From Octopus sinensis (lineage: Eukaryota): a DNA stretch of 64,000 nucleotides. Within the stretch, counting starts at the first letter, position 1. Every line of letters begins with the position of its first letter. The notes under the pieces were generated by a model. The model ran no database searches and had not been told where the DNA came from. It saw only the letters and a program-made list of their open reading frames with translations. The stretch lies in assembly GCF_006345805.1 (NCBI RefSeq), contig NC_043001.1, positions 23,374,001 to 23,438,000 of the forward strand, given 5' to 3'. The translations under genes and the position numbers were made by a program. Positions 40,671-54,604 of this stretch are shown one piece after another.

Positions 40671-41894
40671 GAATATATATATGTATATATATATACACAC
40701 ACATACATACATATATGTGAGGGCGCATGGCTGAGTGGTTAGGGGCATTCAGCTCATGATCGTAAGGTCATGAGTTCAATTCCCAGTGATGCATTGTGTG
40801 CTTGAGCAAGATACTTATTTCATGCTGCTCCAATCCACTCAGCTGGCAAAAATGAGTAGTACCTGTATTTCAAAGGAACAGCCTTGTCACACTCTAATAC
40901 AGTTCTATATTTGAGAGATGAGGAATTTAGTACATTATTTACATTTGACGAATATTTGTTCTCATCTTGTTTGTTGTTAACTGATATACCCTCCAACCTT
41001 CATCAGGTGTCTTGGGGAAATTTCAAACCTGGGTTCTCATCCCTAAGGTATTTTTTGATGTTGTTGTTGTTGTTGTAAATGCAACACCCTAGCCACTAGG
41101 CCATACCTTCACATTAGCAGACAATTCTCCAAAAGCCATACAATGGGATTGAACCCAAGACCACATAGTTAAGAAAGCTTTTCATTATGTGCTTTAGTTT
41201 CTTTAGTATAGACATATATAGTAGTGTGTGTAATGATATGCATATATGTATGTTTGACTGATTTGTTCTGTATATGTGTAATGGATATAACTGGAAATAT
41301 AGTTATGATACATATGCATGTGTATACATAAGTACATGTCTAAATATATGCATGTGCTTGTTTGTGTATATGTATAAGTATATATGTGAATGTACAAAGG
41401 GTTGCTGAGAAGTTCCTGGCTTTGGGTGAAAGAAATGTAGATTCACACACTTATTGCAGTGATCCTTCAGTTTTTCTAAGCCCTGAGAAAGAATTCGGAA
41501 GGTTGGACCTCCAACCAGGCCTATATACTTACATGTACTATATACTTCCATGCCAGCATGGAAAGTGGGTGTTAAATGATTGTCACAAGGTGCTTGAGCT
41601 ACTGCATGTAAATAAAGAATAACACCATTCAAACAGTTAATAGAACCTTTATTCATTGCAAAAAACATTTTTCATGTTAGTCTTGAATTAATAATACAAC
41701 AAAGCATACACACTGGAAAAGACAATTCTGTAGTTATGACAAAACAGTTGATTAAATAGGCTCTGTGAATATGTGGTCAAAACTGTAGAAAAATCAAGTT
41801 AAATTCATCACTGCAATACTGTGTCTGCTGTCTGCCCAGTTGAATAAGAAGTTGTTCAAATACTGTTAAACGCTGAAAAATGAGAATGTGGTTT

Positions 41895-42340
41895 TCATGG
41901 TTCACAAATACCACTTACATTGGACTGGACACCTTGTTAGAATGAATGATAGCAGGATCCCTAAACAGATGCTATATGGGAAACTTGTTGGTGGAAAACG
42001 ACCCCAGCAGAAGCCAAGACTGTAATTTAAAGACTGTGTAAAGTTTTCATTAAAGATCTGTGAAATGCGAGAGGTTGACTGGGAAAGCACTCCTTGTCAT
42101 TGCCACAGATGGAGGAAAGAGGTAAAAGAGGGAGTTGATGCCTTTGAAACAACACGTATTCTTCATGAAGAATTTAAGTGTGAACGCACAGCTAGTGTAA
42201 TGAATGGGGAAAGCTAGGTCTGCAATGTTTGCAGTAATGAATGCTTGTCAAGAGTAGATCTCGTTTGTCACCAACAAAGCCGCAAGTGTAAAGTATAAGG
42301 TAGTCTTCATTCCCAAAACTCAGAGGCAAGAAGTGAGACA
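41895..42340 (+). mobile_element. RTE-clade LINE 3' fragment
   Basis: HLHWTGHLVRMNDSRIPKQMLYGKLVGGKRP. Confidence 0.75.
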
Positions 42341-42544
42341 TGTGAAATGAATTGGCCGGTCTCTGCACAAATATCCCTGACAAGAGTGGAGGCATATTTT
42401 GCTCAGTTGCCTTTGACACAGCAAAAAGTTGGCACTAAAAACTCATCAATTTATAAGCTTTGTTAGATGTTCTCGAAGGTTGTATCGTGTGATGGCTTAA
42501 TGGTGATTGGTCAGTTAATCAGCTGATCATGTGAAATGGATACT

Positions 42545-42922
42545 CTTTACTCTTTTACTTGTTTCAGTCATTTGACTGCGGCCATGCCGGAGCACCACCT
42601 TTAGTCGAGCAAATCGACCCCAGGACTTATTCTTTGTAAGCCCAGTACTTATTCTATCGGTCTCTTTTTGCCGAACCACTAAGTGACGGGGACATAAACA
42701 CACCAGCATCAGTTGTCAAGCGATGGTAGGGGGACAAACACAGACACACAAACATATACATATATACGACAGGCTTCTTTCAGTTTCCGTCTACCAAATC
42801 CACTCACAAGGCATTGGTCGGCCTGAGGCTATAGCAGAAGACACTTGCCCAAGATGCCACACAGTGGGACTGAACCCGGAACCATGTGGTTGGTAAGCAA
42901 GCTACTTACCACACAGCCACTC
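42545..42922 (-). mobile_element. SINE family A, young full-length copy
   Basis: Near-identical to 44455-44845, 48687-49040 and 54690-55090. Confidence 0.9.
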
Positions 42923-42934
42923 CATTACTAATCT

Positions 42935-43240
42935 GTAACAGGTGCTTGTGCATCATCACCTCAATACTCAGGATATCGACTTTCCTCAGGACCTGTGTAT
43001 CTGGAGTTTTTAAGGTCCAGCCAACATTCAGAATATGTTTCAGACATCTCTGATGGAAGCGTTCAAGGACCTTTACATGATGTTTGTAAAGGGTCCATGT
43101 CTCACATGAATAAAGGAGCGATGTCAGTACACATGCACAGTACACAATAATTTTTGTTTGCCTTGTGATGCCATGTTGGGACCAGACACGAGACTCAAGA
43201 GACCTGAAGGAATCAGTTGCTCTCTGCAACCTGAAAGATA
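42935..43240 (-). mobile_element. RTE-clade LINE fragment
   Basis: TKIIVYCACVLTSLLYSCETWTLY...LERFHQRCLKHIL. Confidence 0.8.
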
Positions 43241-43631
43241 CTTCATCATCCAGGGAGCGTTAAGAAGGCATCCAGCTGTAGAAACACTGCCAGATCAGAC
43301 TGGAGTCTGGCACAGCCTCCTGGCTTCCCAGACCCCAGTCGAATCGTCCAACCCATGCTAGCATGGAAAACGGATTTTAAACGATGACAATGATGATGAT
43401 GATGATTCACCTGATATTGCTCCTTCCATAAGCATGTACACATCTATATCACGACTTTTACACTGTTCACTCTCCTGACTTTTGTACATAATTCTATGTA
43501 CTGTACATGCACCTTTGATGAGTTGTAGTGCACCTGAGCACTATATACAATAATTTCATTATTAGAAACAGTTTATCCTAATTACTTTATAAAATGTGTC
43601 ATCCTTTATGCTTTTTAGACGTTATGATGTA

Positions 43632-43868
43632 TATTTCTTTATTGCCCACAAGGGGCTAAACATAGAGGGGACAAACAAGGACAGACAAAGGGATTAAGTT
43701 GATTACATCGACCCCCCAGTGCGAAACTGGTACTTTATTTATCGACCCCGAAAGGATGAAAGGCAAAGTCAACCTCGGCGGAATTTGAACTCAGAACGTA
43801 ACGACAGACGAAATACCGCTAAGCATTTCGCCCGGCGCGCTAACGAATCTGCCAGCACGCCGCCTTTA
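43632..43868 (-). mobile_element. SINE family C
   Basis: tRNA-like head with gttcaaattccgccgagg box; related copies at 45092-45305, 49480-49700, 49720-49920 and 55540-55675. Confidence 0.8.
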
Positions 43869-44454
43869 GACGTTATGATGTAGTTTAAGGAAAATATTGC
43901 TGCTGTTTCTAGCAGATCGAGAGAACACAAAAGTTTTTCCATCGTTTCCTGCTCTTGTATATGTTGATTTCCATGGAAGCAAGCAGTTGTCACATCTGGC
44001 AGCTTCCTGTTTGCTACAGTTACATAATTTTAAATGCTTGTTACTTTTTTTTATTATTAATTTCTACAAAAGGTTATAGCGATTTTTATCCAACAGCTTG
44101 CAAAACTACACCACTGGAGAAAATTTGAAATACTTGAAGTGATTGAATAGAATTTAACAAGATCTATATTTTGTAACACACTGACTAGACTGCCTATGCT
44201 TTAACGCTCTAAAATCTTTTTTCAGATCTTGTTGAATTTCTTCCAACTACTTCAAGTTTTTCTAATTCTCACCCAATTTTTTTTTTTATGTAGTGCTGAT
44301 GTAGTTTTGCATGCTGAAAGCAGAAACCACATTCACTCACCCCCCACTCACCCACCCCCAGAAATTTAATAATAAGGAAATTACAAGCACGCAAGTTTAG
44401 CCAATAGAAATCCTTTTTGTTTTAACCAATTCTTTCTCCCCCACCAAATTTTGT

Positions 44455-44845
44455 TTACTCTTTTACTCTTTTACATGTTTCAGTCATTTGACTGCGGCCA
44501 TGCTGCAGCACCGCCTTTAGTCGAGCAAATCGACCCCAGGACTTATTCTTTGTAAGCCCAGTACTTATTCAATCGGTCTCTTTTGCCGAACCGCTAAGTG
44601 ACGGGGACGTAAACACACCAGCATCGGTTGACAAGCAATGCTAGGGGGACAAACACAGACACACACATACATATACATATATGACAGGCTTCTTTCAGTT
44701 TCCGTCTACCAAATCCACTCACAAGGCCTTGGTCGGCCTGAGGCTGTAGCAGAAGACACTTGCCCAAGATGCCACACAGTGGGACTGAACCTGGAACCAT
44801 GTGGTTGGTTAGCAAGCTACTTACCACACAGCCACTCCTGCGCCT
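44455..44845 (-). mobile_element. SINE family A, full-length
   Basis: Near-identical to 42545-42922. Confidence 0.9.
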
Positions 44846-45091
44846 AAAATTTTATTATAAGAAAAAAAAAACAAAAAAAAACAAGTACGTTCAATACTGA
44901 TCTGTTGTGCCCATTAATGTATTGACGGTCGTGAGTTCAATAAAAGATTATATCCGTCGATATTGTGATCAATAACACTCAACAAATAGAAAACACTTAG
45001 GCCTGTCTCAAGCGAGTAAATGAACTGTACTGCCAAATAAATAAGATCTGTGTTACGGCTTAATCTTTTTTTTCTTCTTTTTTTTAATTAA

Positions 45092-45305
45092 GACATCGAG
45101 CTGGTAGAAACGCTAGCACACCGGACGAAATGCGTAGCAGTATTTCGTCTGTCTTTACGTTCTGAGTTCAAATTCCGCCGAGGTCGACTTTGCTTTTTAT
45201 CCTTTCGGGGTCGATAAATTAAGTACCAGTTGCGTACTGGTATCGATCTAATCGACTGGACCCCCTCCCACAAAATTTTGGGCCTTGTACCTAGAGCAGA
45301 AAAGA
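45092..45305 (+). mobile_element. SINE family C
   Basis: Reverse-complement match to 43632-43868. Confidence 0.8.
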
Positions 45306-47444
45306 ATATTTTGTTCATTTTGCTTTTAGACACTATGATGTAGTTTAAGGAAGAGTTATCTTCTATTTCTAGCAGGCAGAGAGACCATGTAAGGGTTTCG
45401 TCTTTGCACAACTCTATGACAATTATACTTTATATGTCAATAACAGAGGATTTCGATTGGCTAAAAATTACATCTTCTTAAATGCTTGTAATTTCTTTAT
45501 GATTAATTTCTAAGGAAAAAACTTAACACTATTTTCATCACAAGCTTGCAAAACTACACTGGAATTATATTTTTTTTAAATAGTCTGGTGAAAAGTAGTT
45601 GGGAGAAATTTAAGATCCTATTTTTTTCTGAATATGCATTGCTGTAATTGGAGTGCGCCCGAGCGACTTTTATACAATTAAATACTATATATAGATGTGC
45701 GTGTGTGCACGCATGTATGACGACACCGTCAAGATATTTTCCCAAGGTGCTCTGTAGTGGGATCGAGCACGAAGCTATGTCGTCATGAAGCGAATTTCTT
45801 AACTACATATACTAGTGTGTTAGTAGATCAACTTAAAGGTTAGTAAACATTACGTAAGCCTTGCTTTGACAGTAGAAAAAACAATGATTCAACACATATT
45901 CCTATGTTGTTTACCTTCCAGTTCCATTAATTATTACTTTCACAGTCGAGTGCTTCTGTTATTATAATACAGCAAAAGTATTTGAGCATTCTACTGACAC
46001 TCTTAAATTAATCGGCAGCCACACTCCAGCGTGAAGTGTGGTAAGATCAGACTTTCGAATTAGTTGCGCACACCATTCGAATGTTTCTATATATCGAATT
46101 TCATCGGCAAAGCATGAATCACAAAAATTACATAATGTATGTTGTTTTCACCACTGTTATAATTTGTGAATGTTATAACCTAGAAAGAATATTTGGCAGT
46201 GGTAAAGAATACGTACACCACCTGTTCCTGGCGTAACAAAAACCCTTACCCATAACCCTAACCACCGGGTGTACGCATTCTTTACTTTCGCCGAATATTT
46301 AATACTTTTAATTGTACACATATTTTTTGACGGCGGTGACTTTGTTATTTGTGATAGGCAGAACGTAATCATTCCTTATATACAATTGAGTGCATGTCCT
46401 ATCCAAACTTATAGTCTATGAATCGATGTTTAAACTAGTATTGTGTAATTTCATGCTCTAAGTCCCACGAAATGACTCAGCCTTCTTTTGCTTTGTAATC
46501 ACACGCTGAAAATAGAAACATTGATACTAAGCCGACAATGTGCGGCTATACGTGTCAAATTAGAACACCCACTTCTCTTTTTTCGAGTTTTCAACAACAG
46601 AGATGATGGTTAAAACTAACTTTTTCAATGCTGGGTATCAGAATAGCTATCATTCACTATTTGATGAAGAAGGAAAAGATTTTTTTTTTTATTCTTTTAG
46701 TATTCTTGAGTTTATGCAGCGGAAGTTACGATAGCTGAAAGAATATTTCAATTTCTTATATTTTTGGCCCCTCCTCTCCATTCCTGTGCTCTTTTCATTC
46801 CCAATACAGTAGTGATAGTTATTCCGAAACTCTGCAAAAAGAATTAAAAAAAAAAATTCAAAAATATAATTCCAACGTCCCAAATCTCTTAGATTTAAAA
46901 GCTTTTAAGCAAAATTGTTTTTTAGGATTCAATGTTTAAAAATATGATGATCACCAAAAAAAAAAAAAAACCAAAGATCGTCAAAGTGCGAAAGTTACGA
47001 TTCCGATTTTTTTTCTTTTCAAAATTTCTATACGGATTACTTAGAATAATTTTCTTTTTTCAATTTCTGATCATAAATCTAAAGAATGCCAAGTGAATAC
47101 GATGTATTGACACACTAATTAATCATCAATACTTTACGGCAGTGGTTCTCTAATTTATTTTGTAACAGAAACCTTAAACGAATATTTCATAATTGCAGAA
47201 ATCCCAATCGTCCTCATTTTAATAAAACATTAAATGAAACAAAATCCGAGTGAAGTTTTGGAACAGCTGTTCCTTCATAGTTCCTTATCGTGGGAAAAGA
47301 AAAGGACAGGTTGTTCTTTTCTTTCAGTACGTGTTTTCGTGTTTTGTAAAACAATTACTCCCATTCCTGTACCCTTTTCCTTTCTCACCAATTGTGCGAA
47401 TTTGAGGGACACCTATACTAATGTAATTCTCACACACATACAGA

Positions 47445-49195
47445 ACTTGATAAAACTTTCCCCAGCTTGTTTGCACACCAGGGCAATCACCATTCTTATG
47501 TTTTCATTATTCTGTGTAACAACCATTCTTTTTTATTTCAGGTTCTTAAGTTTTTGGGTGAACCCACACTAATAGCGTCTGTCCTCTCTAAGAACAATGG
47601 GACGTGGAAAAGGCCTTAACGATGAAGAAGAGTCTGTCATCATCAAGGAAAGTGCTAAGGGTACCTCTCTTCATGTCATTGCAGAGAAGTTAGGTTGTCA
47701 TCATGTAGGTGGACACAGTTAGATGATTCCTTCACAAAGGAAGAATCGATCCGATTGTGAGACCTCCAAGACTGTAAAAGCTAGGGATTTAAGGAATATT
47801 ATCCACCAGTTATGTGGGAAACCTGGACAAACATGCAAAATCATTTTCACTGCTTCCGGACTTCCTCATGTACCGAAAACCACCAGAAATCATATCCTTG
47901 GGACCATGGCTTCTATGTAAGAACCCCTGAAATTGCCTAACAGGAGTTTGATGCTTCAATTTGCCCAAAAGTACATGACGTTAGACATAAATTTGTTCTG
48001 TTCACTGATGAAAACAGGGCAAACATTGACAGATCTGACAGTTGGGCAAATGGTTGGGTCTATTTTGGAGGTGAACATCACCAACATTTACAACGTCAAC
48101 AATAGGGTGGAGGAGTCATGTTGTGGGCTGGTATCATTAGGGACAGACTTGTTGGTCCAGTCAGGGTGCCCGAAGGAGTTAAAGTGACTGCAGTTGCCTA
48201 CTGCAATCTCCTGAAGGAGGTTTGGGATCCCTGGCTAGATGACGTACCATTTTCACTTGTAAGGAATCTCATATTCATGCATGACAGTGCCCCCACCCAC
48301 TCTGCTAGAACCACCCAAACATTACTAGGGTCTTACGGTGAAAGGTCGATGGTGTGGCAGCATCTATGGATCTTGACCCTATCACAAATCTTTGGTCCAT
48401 CATTAAACAAGATGTTTAAGCTGATGGACGCCAATTTACGTCAAAAGATGTCTTATGGGTGACCATCAAAGCAGCAGCAGAGGCAGTCCAACCTGCTACT
48501 ATTAAGAAATTTACAGATTCCATGACTAATAGGGTTTTTGAAGTTATCCATCGAAATGACGCTCATGTGGCTTAATTCATTATGTCAATATATGTTATAA
48601 TATTATTATGGCTTTCTGTTAAATATATACCCAATGTGTGCTTAATATGTATTATTACCCTTCATTTTCAGGAAAAAATGTCTAGATGGTTCCAGGTTCA
48701 GTCCCACTGCGTGGCATCTTGGGCAAGTGTCTTCTGCTATAGCCCCGGGCCGACCACTGCCTTGTGAGTGGATTTGGTAGACGGAAACTGAAAGAAGCCT
48801 GTCGTATATATGTATATATATATATATATATATGCGTTTGTGTGTCTGTGTTTGTCCCCCTAGCATTGCTTGACAACCGATGCTGGTATGTTTACGTCCC
48901 CGTCACTTAGCGGTTCGGCAAAAGAGACCGATAGAATAAGTACTGGGCTTACAAAGAATAAGTCCCGGGGTCAATTTTCTCGACTAAAGGCGGTGCTCCA
49001 GCGTGGCCACAGTCAAATGACTGAAACAAGTAAAAGAGAGAGATAGGTTATTTTCATTCAAAAGCTGTTAGCGTGGTTCACCCAAATGAATCTGAATCTG
49101 AAATAAAAAAAAGAAAGGATGCTACACATATTAATGAAAACATAACCATGATGTTGTGATAGTGTGCAAACAAGCTGGGAAAAGTTTTATCAAAA
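47445..49195 (+). mobile_element. Decayed Tc1-like transposon with long TIRs and a nested SINE (48687-49040)
   Basis: ATG 47597 MGRGKGL...; VMLWAGI and FMHDSAPTH; inverted arms GATAAAACTTTCCCCAGCTTGTTTGCACAC / GTGTGCAAACAAGCTGGGAAAAGTTTTATC. Confidence 0.85.
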
Positions 49196-50329
49196 TTGAT
49201 CGAAAGAAAACTGAGAAATCCAAAATTTAACACAGCTATAGCATGGTTCTAGGTGTAATATATATGCTTAGTTATGGCTGGTCTATGGAATTACCCAGGG
49301 TTTCACACCCATAAAGCACTTCGCTTTTTTACAGCATTTCTTCAGATACTAATGGCCGGTGGAAAATCCCGTCCAATTCGAATTTTCCACCAGCCTGAGG
49401 AAGGCACCGGTAGGGGCTTGCGAAACTTTAAGTAGCAAGGAATCCGAAACAAACTGTTTCTAATAATGATAATAATAATAATGGTTTCAGATTTTTGCAT
49501 GAGTGCAGAAATTTCGGGAGTGGGGATGTGTCGATTACAACGATCCCAGTTTTCAACTGGTACTTATTTTATCGACCCCAAAAGGATGAAAGGCAAAGTC
49601 GACCTCGGTGGTATTTGAACTCAGAACGTAAAAACGGATGAAATGCTGCTAAGCATTTCGCCCAGCATGCTAATGATTCTGCTAACTCGTTGCTTTAATT
49701 ATAATACTAAGACTGTCTACTAAAAGTACAAGGCCTGAAATTTGGGGTGAGGGAACTAGTCGATTACATTGAACCCAGTTTTTCACTGGCACTTAATTTA
49801 TCGAACCCGAGAGGATGAAAGGCAAAAAATCCGGGCGGAATTTGAACTCAGAACGTAAATACAGATGAAATACTGCTAAGCATTTTGCCTGGCGTGCTAA
49901 CGAATCTGCTAGCTCGCCTGGCTACTCAAGCTGAAGAAAATTATAACTGGGTCCCACCTGCAAGATAATGTACTGTTTATCTTGATATGAGATCGCCATG
50001 TCATGAACATATGGTTGCGATGCATGTGTCTAGTGTACCTTTATCAGACGGGTAGTTATGATGGATATACTGGGCTTCGTATATTTTCAAGTGTTGACTT
50101 TCCGTTCTCAGAGGAGCATATGCTACAAAATTTAACTGCCAGAATGGTAGTATACAAAATGTATAACCGCAAAGAAAAAAGAATGTCAGGTTGTAGAGAA
50201 GTGCCTCGCCCCCATACGGGGAAAACTTACCTATGTCGATTGAGGACCAAGAAACACCACTATTGAGGCACAATTCGAAAACGCTGAAATAGCTAAAGAA
50301 ATATCGACTCAAACTCTAAAAAATGCGGA

Positions 50330-52012
50330 AATAATGTTGCTTCTGACCTACCTAGGCCTATATTTTCTCTAATGAATTGGAATATGTATGGTTCGAATTT
50401 CATCAAAATTGCATATGAAGAATTTTAATGAGGGTTTCTTTCCCTCTTTACAGACCCTCACAAAAATTCTAATCACGACACATTTATCCCATACTACTCA
50501 TCTTTATGCCCAGATGCCAAAATTCAAATCTTATGGAACCTATTGAAAGGTTTTTGCTCTTGAAAAATGGAGCCCTAAAATGTGGGAGTTAAGGCCCCTA
50601 TTGGGGGTGGGTGTCTTAATGTTGACCAGAGAAGTTGAATTGTTGAGAATCTTTTTAACTTGGGTCTTATATGTATTCTTTGAATTTCTTTGAAATAGGA
50701 AATATATGCATGTTTACTGGGTTTGTAAAAGAGAGCAAAGCTACAGGAAACCAAAAGATGAATGATAACAATAAGCAGTCAGCTACCCTACCCTTGTTGT
50801 TACTACTCCCCAATGTAGGATTCCTCACAATACAGGTGACAGGCACAGCCATAAGATGCATTACAGATCTATAGCAATTGGAAGGGCGTGACCCAACTCA
50901 AATAAACATTAACAACTGTGTGACGTGAGGGCTAAGGGGAAATGAAAGTGTCACCTTTGGAGTTTGCCAATGATCACTATGCTGATAGGTAACTGGACAG
51001 AATAAATTTGCAATCTATAAATGTCTTTGAATAATCTGTCACTTATCTGGGAAGGCCTTGAAATCAATGTTACCATTGGTGGACTATGTGCGACTTGGTG
51101 ATAATAAAAAGACTCATAGGACATCTGCAACCAAATAACTTTACTGAACACTTTGCAACTGAATCAGTGGAGGCAAAGATGCTTCTCCTTTACTTGACAA
51201 TTTATGCACCACATTGCAGAAATCACAATCTAAGTATATCTCAAAGCAAAGTCTTACACTATTGTACCATTGAATGACAAATAACGCTCATCTTTTATGC
51301 TTGGGTGATCCTACAGCTTCCAAAAGTACAATTATATTTGTTTAGGAAAAATGACTAAATTGTGGGTGTTAAGTCCCCATTAAGGGGGTCTTTGTAACTT
51401 CTAAGAAGTTGAAATTTTAGAAATATTACTTCATTTGTGTCTAATATCTATGCTTAAAATTTCATCAACAGCAAAAATATATGAATTTTCATTTATGCCC
51501 CCTCACTTTCAAAGATATACTGCATTATATCTGCCCTTATACATAGAATATAATTTTCAAATTTCATAAAGATCCATTCAGTACTTTTGATCTAGTTTTG
51601 GATCATAGAAAATGACTAAAATTTGGGTGTTAAGGCCTCCATTAGGGGGTCTTAGAATCGCCATGAGAAGCAGAAACTTTGGAAATATTTCTTGATGTGT
51701 GTCAATTACCCATGGTTAAAATTTCATCAACATTGAAAATTTATGAATTTTCATGGGGTGTTCTGCCTCCTTTAAACCATCTCAAATTCAAACCAAACAT
51801 ACTGCATTATACCCGCACTTATGCATTGAATGTAAGTTCCAAATATTATAAGGATGCATTCAGTAATTTTAGTCCATGAAATTGTATGAAACATACAGCA
51901 TTACCCTTATCCCTAGGCTTGGATTTTGTGTTCCAAATTTCATTAGGATTGGTGCAGTAGTTTTCGAATGTATAAGTAACACACATAAAGACATTGATTT
52001 TTATATAATAGA
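50330..52012 (-). repeat. Degenerate ~250-bp subrepeat element with a Helitron-like end
   Basis: Three diverged units (aaatgtggg.gttaagg.ccc.att.gggg) near 50575, 51350 and 51610; ends in ttttatataataga. Confidence 0.45.
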
Positions 52013-52067
52013 TATGAATATGCACATATATATACATGTTTGTGCATGTGTATGTGTGTGTTATATG

Positions 52068-52098
<31 letters not shown>

Positions 52099-53648
52099 CA
52101 CAAAAAGATAGATTGATAGATACAATTGAGTGGGCAAATAAAAATATGAGACACTGCCTAGTGTTTTTTTTACCTATCAATTACCTATCAATTAACGCAC
52201 TTATGTGCATGCCTTAATTGATAGGTAATATAAAAAACTTAGTTCAATTAAAAAAATACACTTTTCACTGTCCAGTCACTACAACCACCATCATCTCTCC
52301 CACTCTCTCTCTCTACTTTTCTTTTATCTCACCATCAGAACATTACCCTTCTGCTAAAATTATATATTTAATTCTTCTCCTCTACCTTCAACTAACTTTT
52401 TTGTAACTACGTAATAAATATTACGTTCTCCTTACCTCACATCATGGCCACCTCTCTCTCCCTCTTTTTCTTTCTCCCTCACCCTTTTTTGTTTCACCAC
52501 ATTTTTCACAGCAGCCACAGACCAGTTGTGCTAATCCACCCCCAACACTGGAGAGCAGTTGTCCTATTCCCTTCCATATCAGCTAATTCTGATGAGTGTA
52601 AAGTTATATAATCAGATTGTTACCTAGCATTCCATTGTATTCTTTACACGAAACCAATTAATAAGATCAGCCATGATGGATATTTAATACTATACATTTC
52701 CTACATATATATATGTGTGTGTGTGGCACTTAGTGCACATGTACAGGGAATGTTGATTTGTCGGAGGGAGTGAACTTATTTGATCACTATAAACGAATCA
52801 TGTGTGGTATAAACGATGGGAGAGTTCATATGGACTTGTGTTTCATCCCAACACACACACACACACATACATATATATATATACTAGCTGGTGTACCCAG
52901 CTTCAATCAATGGGCAGGTACCCGGCAGTCGCAGCGCTTCGGCCTCACAATCCATCCTCATTAATTCTGGGAGTGTTTTTGAAGCGTTTCAAATTTTTCT
53001 AGATGGTAACCCTAGATTTTCTTGACATAATAAAGTAGTTTCTTTTACTCTCTTCTCCATGTTCTTATTGCTTACGTCCATAAATTTTTTTTTTGTTTTT
53101 TTAGTAAATTGTGTCATCTAATAGTATTAGAAGTAACTACTGTTAAAAGAAAAGAAGTTTTGTTTTATTATGTGGGTCAAAAGTACAGGATTGACAAGAT
53201 CTAGTTAATTTATGTGAGAGAAATTTCGGTGAAGGTAAAGAATATGCACACTTTCCGAGAATCGAATCCACACTATGCCTGCATTCTGGAATAAAAAAAT
53301 TCCTCTACTGTCATGGAAAAAATGTAACTGTAAAAATGCAGAATTCTTGGAGTAATTGGCATTCAAAAAAGTATGTATGTATAGAAATGTATGAATGGTG
53401 TGCATATTCTTTACTTCTGCTGAAATTTGTTTTTACTTTCTATGGGAACTTACCCTCTGGTATTTATAAACTTTACCTATCGCTATGCAATTTAAGTGGA
53501 AAATGCTGAAGCACATGACTGTCAGGTCTGAATCACACAGTGAAAAACTTGCTTTTTAAAAAATTTTCGCGTTCAAGTTTTCAAAAACGTTTTCTAAAAG
53601 CAGTGAGTGATATACAGATACATACAGCATTTTGCTTTTAGAACTAAC

Positions 53649-53680
<32 letters not shown>

Positions 53681-53828
53681 ATATATATACAAAGAGCAAT
53701 AAAGATTCAAGTTAATTTACTTGAATATGGTACCTAACTTAGATGCACCAAAAAAAACTATACTGATTTAACAATACAGTAATGCGGGGTGATTATAAGC
53801 GAGAAAGAAGCAACAAGAATGAATAGGT

Positions 53829-53919
53829 TTTTAGTACGATCGTTTCATACAAGGACAGGTTTTATTAAAAGTTGCAAAGATTACAGCATATAAACGAGTC
53901 CCGTACTCATCAGCTAAAA
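53829..53919 (-). ncRNA. Type I hammerhead ribozyme motif, left arm
   Basis: Reverse complement of 54514-54604. Confidence 0.75.
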
Positions 53920-54513
53920 TACATGTGAGTTCTCTAGACATCCTAGTGTTTGAGGCTATATTCATGAAGTAATGTAGATAATTAAGTAACATAAACAGAT
54001 TTCTAAAGTTCATTAAAGTTCTTTAAAGATGATGTACAGTCTTATCACAGAATTTTAAAAAGTTTTAATAGCATCACAGAGAAGGTGACCTAATCCATAG
54101 TGCACATATGAATTTCCAGAGATATGATGAGGGATTATATACTCACAGAAGACAAATTTATCCATTGTTAATTACAACGAGGTGGGTCTCAATTCCTGCT
54201 TATTAGCATTACAGAGAGGGTAATGCTAATAAGCAGGAATTGAGACCCACCTCGTTGTAATTAACAATGGATAAATTTGTCTTCTGTGAGTATATAATCC
54301 CTCATCATATCTCTGGAAATTCATATGTGCACTATGGATTAGGTCACCTTCTCTGTGATGCTATTAAAACTTTTTTAAAATTCTGTGATAAGACTGTACA
54401 TCATCTTTAAAGAACTTTAATGAACTTTAGAAATCTGTTTATGTTACTTAATTATCTACATTACTTCATGAATATAGCCTCAAACACTAGGATGTCTAGA
54501 GAACTCACATGTA

Positions 54514-54604
54514 TTTTAGCTGATGAGTACGGGACTCGTTTATATGCTGTAATCTTTGCAACTTTTAATAAAACCTGTCCTTGTATGAAACGATCGTACT
54601 AAAA
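54514..54604 (+). ncRNA. Type I hammerhead ribozyme motif, right arm
   Basis: TTTTAG-CTGATGA-GTACGGGAC...GTCCTTGTAT-GAAA-C(GATC)G-TA^CTAAAA; complete core and palindromic stem III loop. Confidence 0.75.

Noticed and set aside
41895-43240. Opposite-orientation RTE fragments suggesting a 1-kb inversion
   Set aside because: They overlap in protein coordinates (HKYHL vs HKHLL) with diverged sequence, which fits two separate insertions better.
53831-54602. Two identical 60-aa ORFs on opposite strands
   Set aside because: A by-product of the palindrome; no recognisable domain, and they overlap the ribozyme motif.
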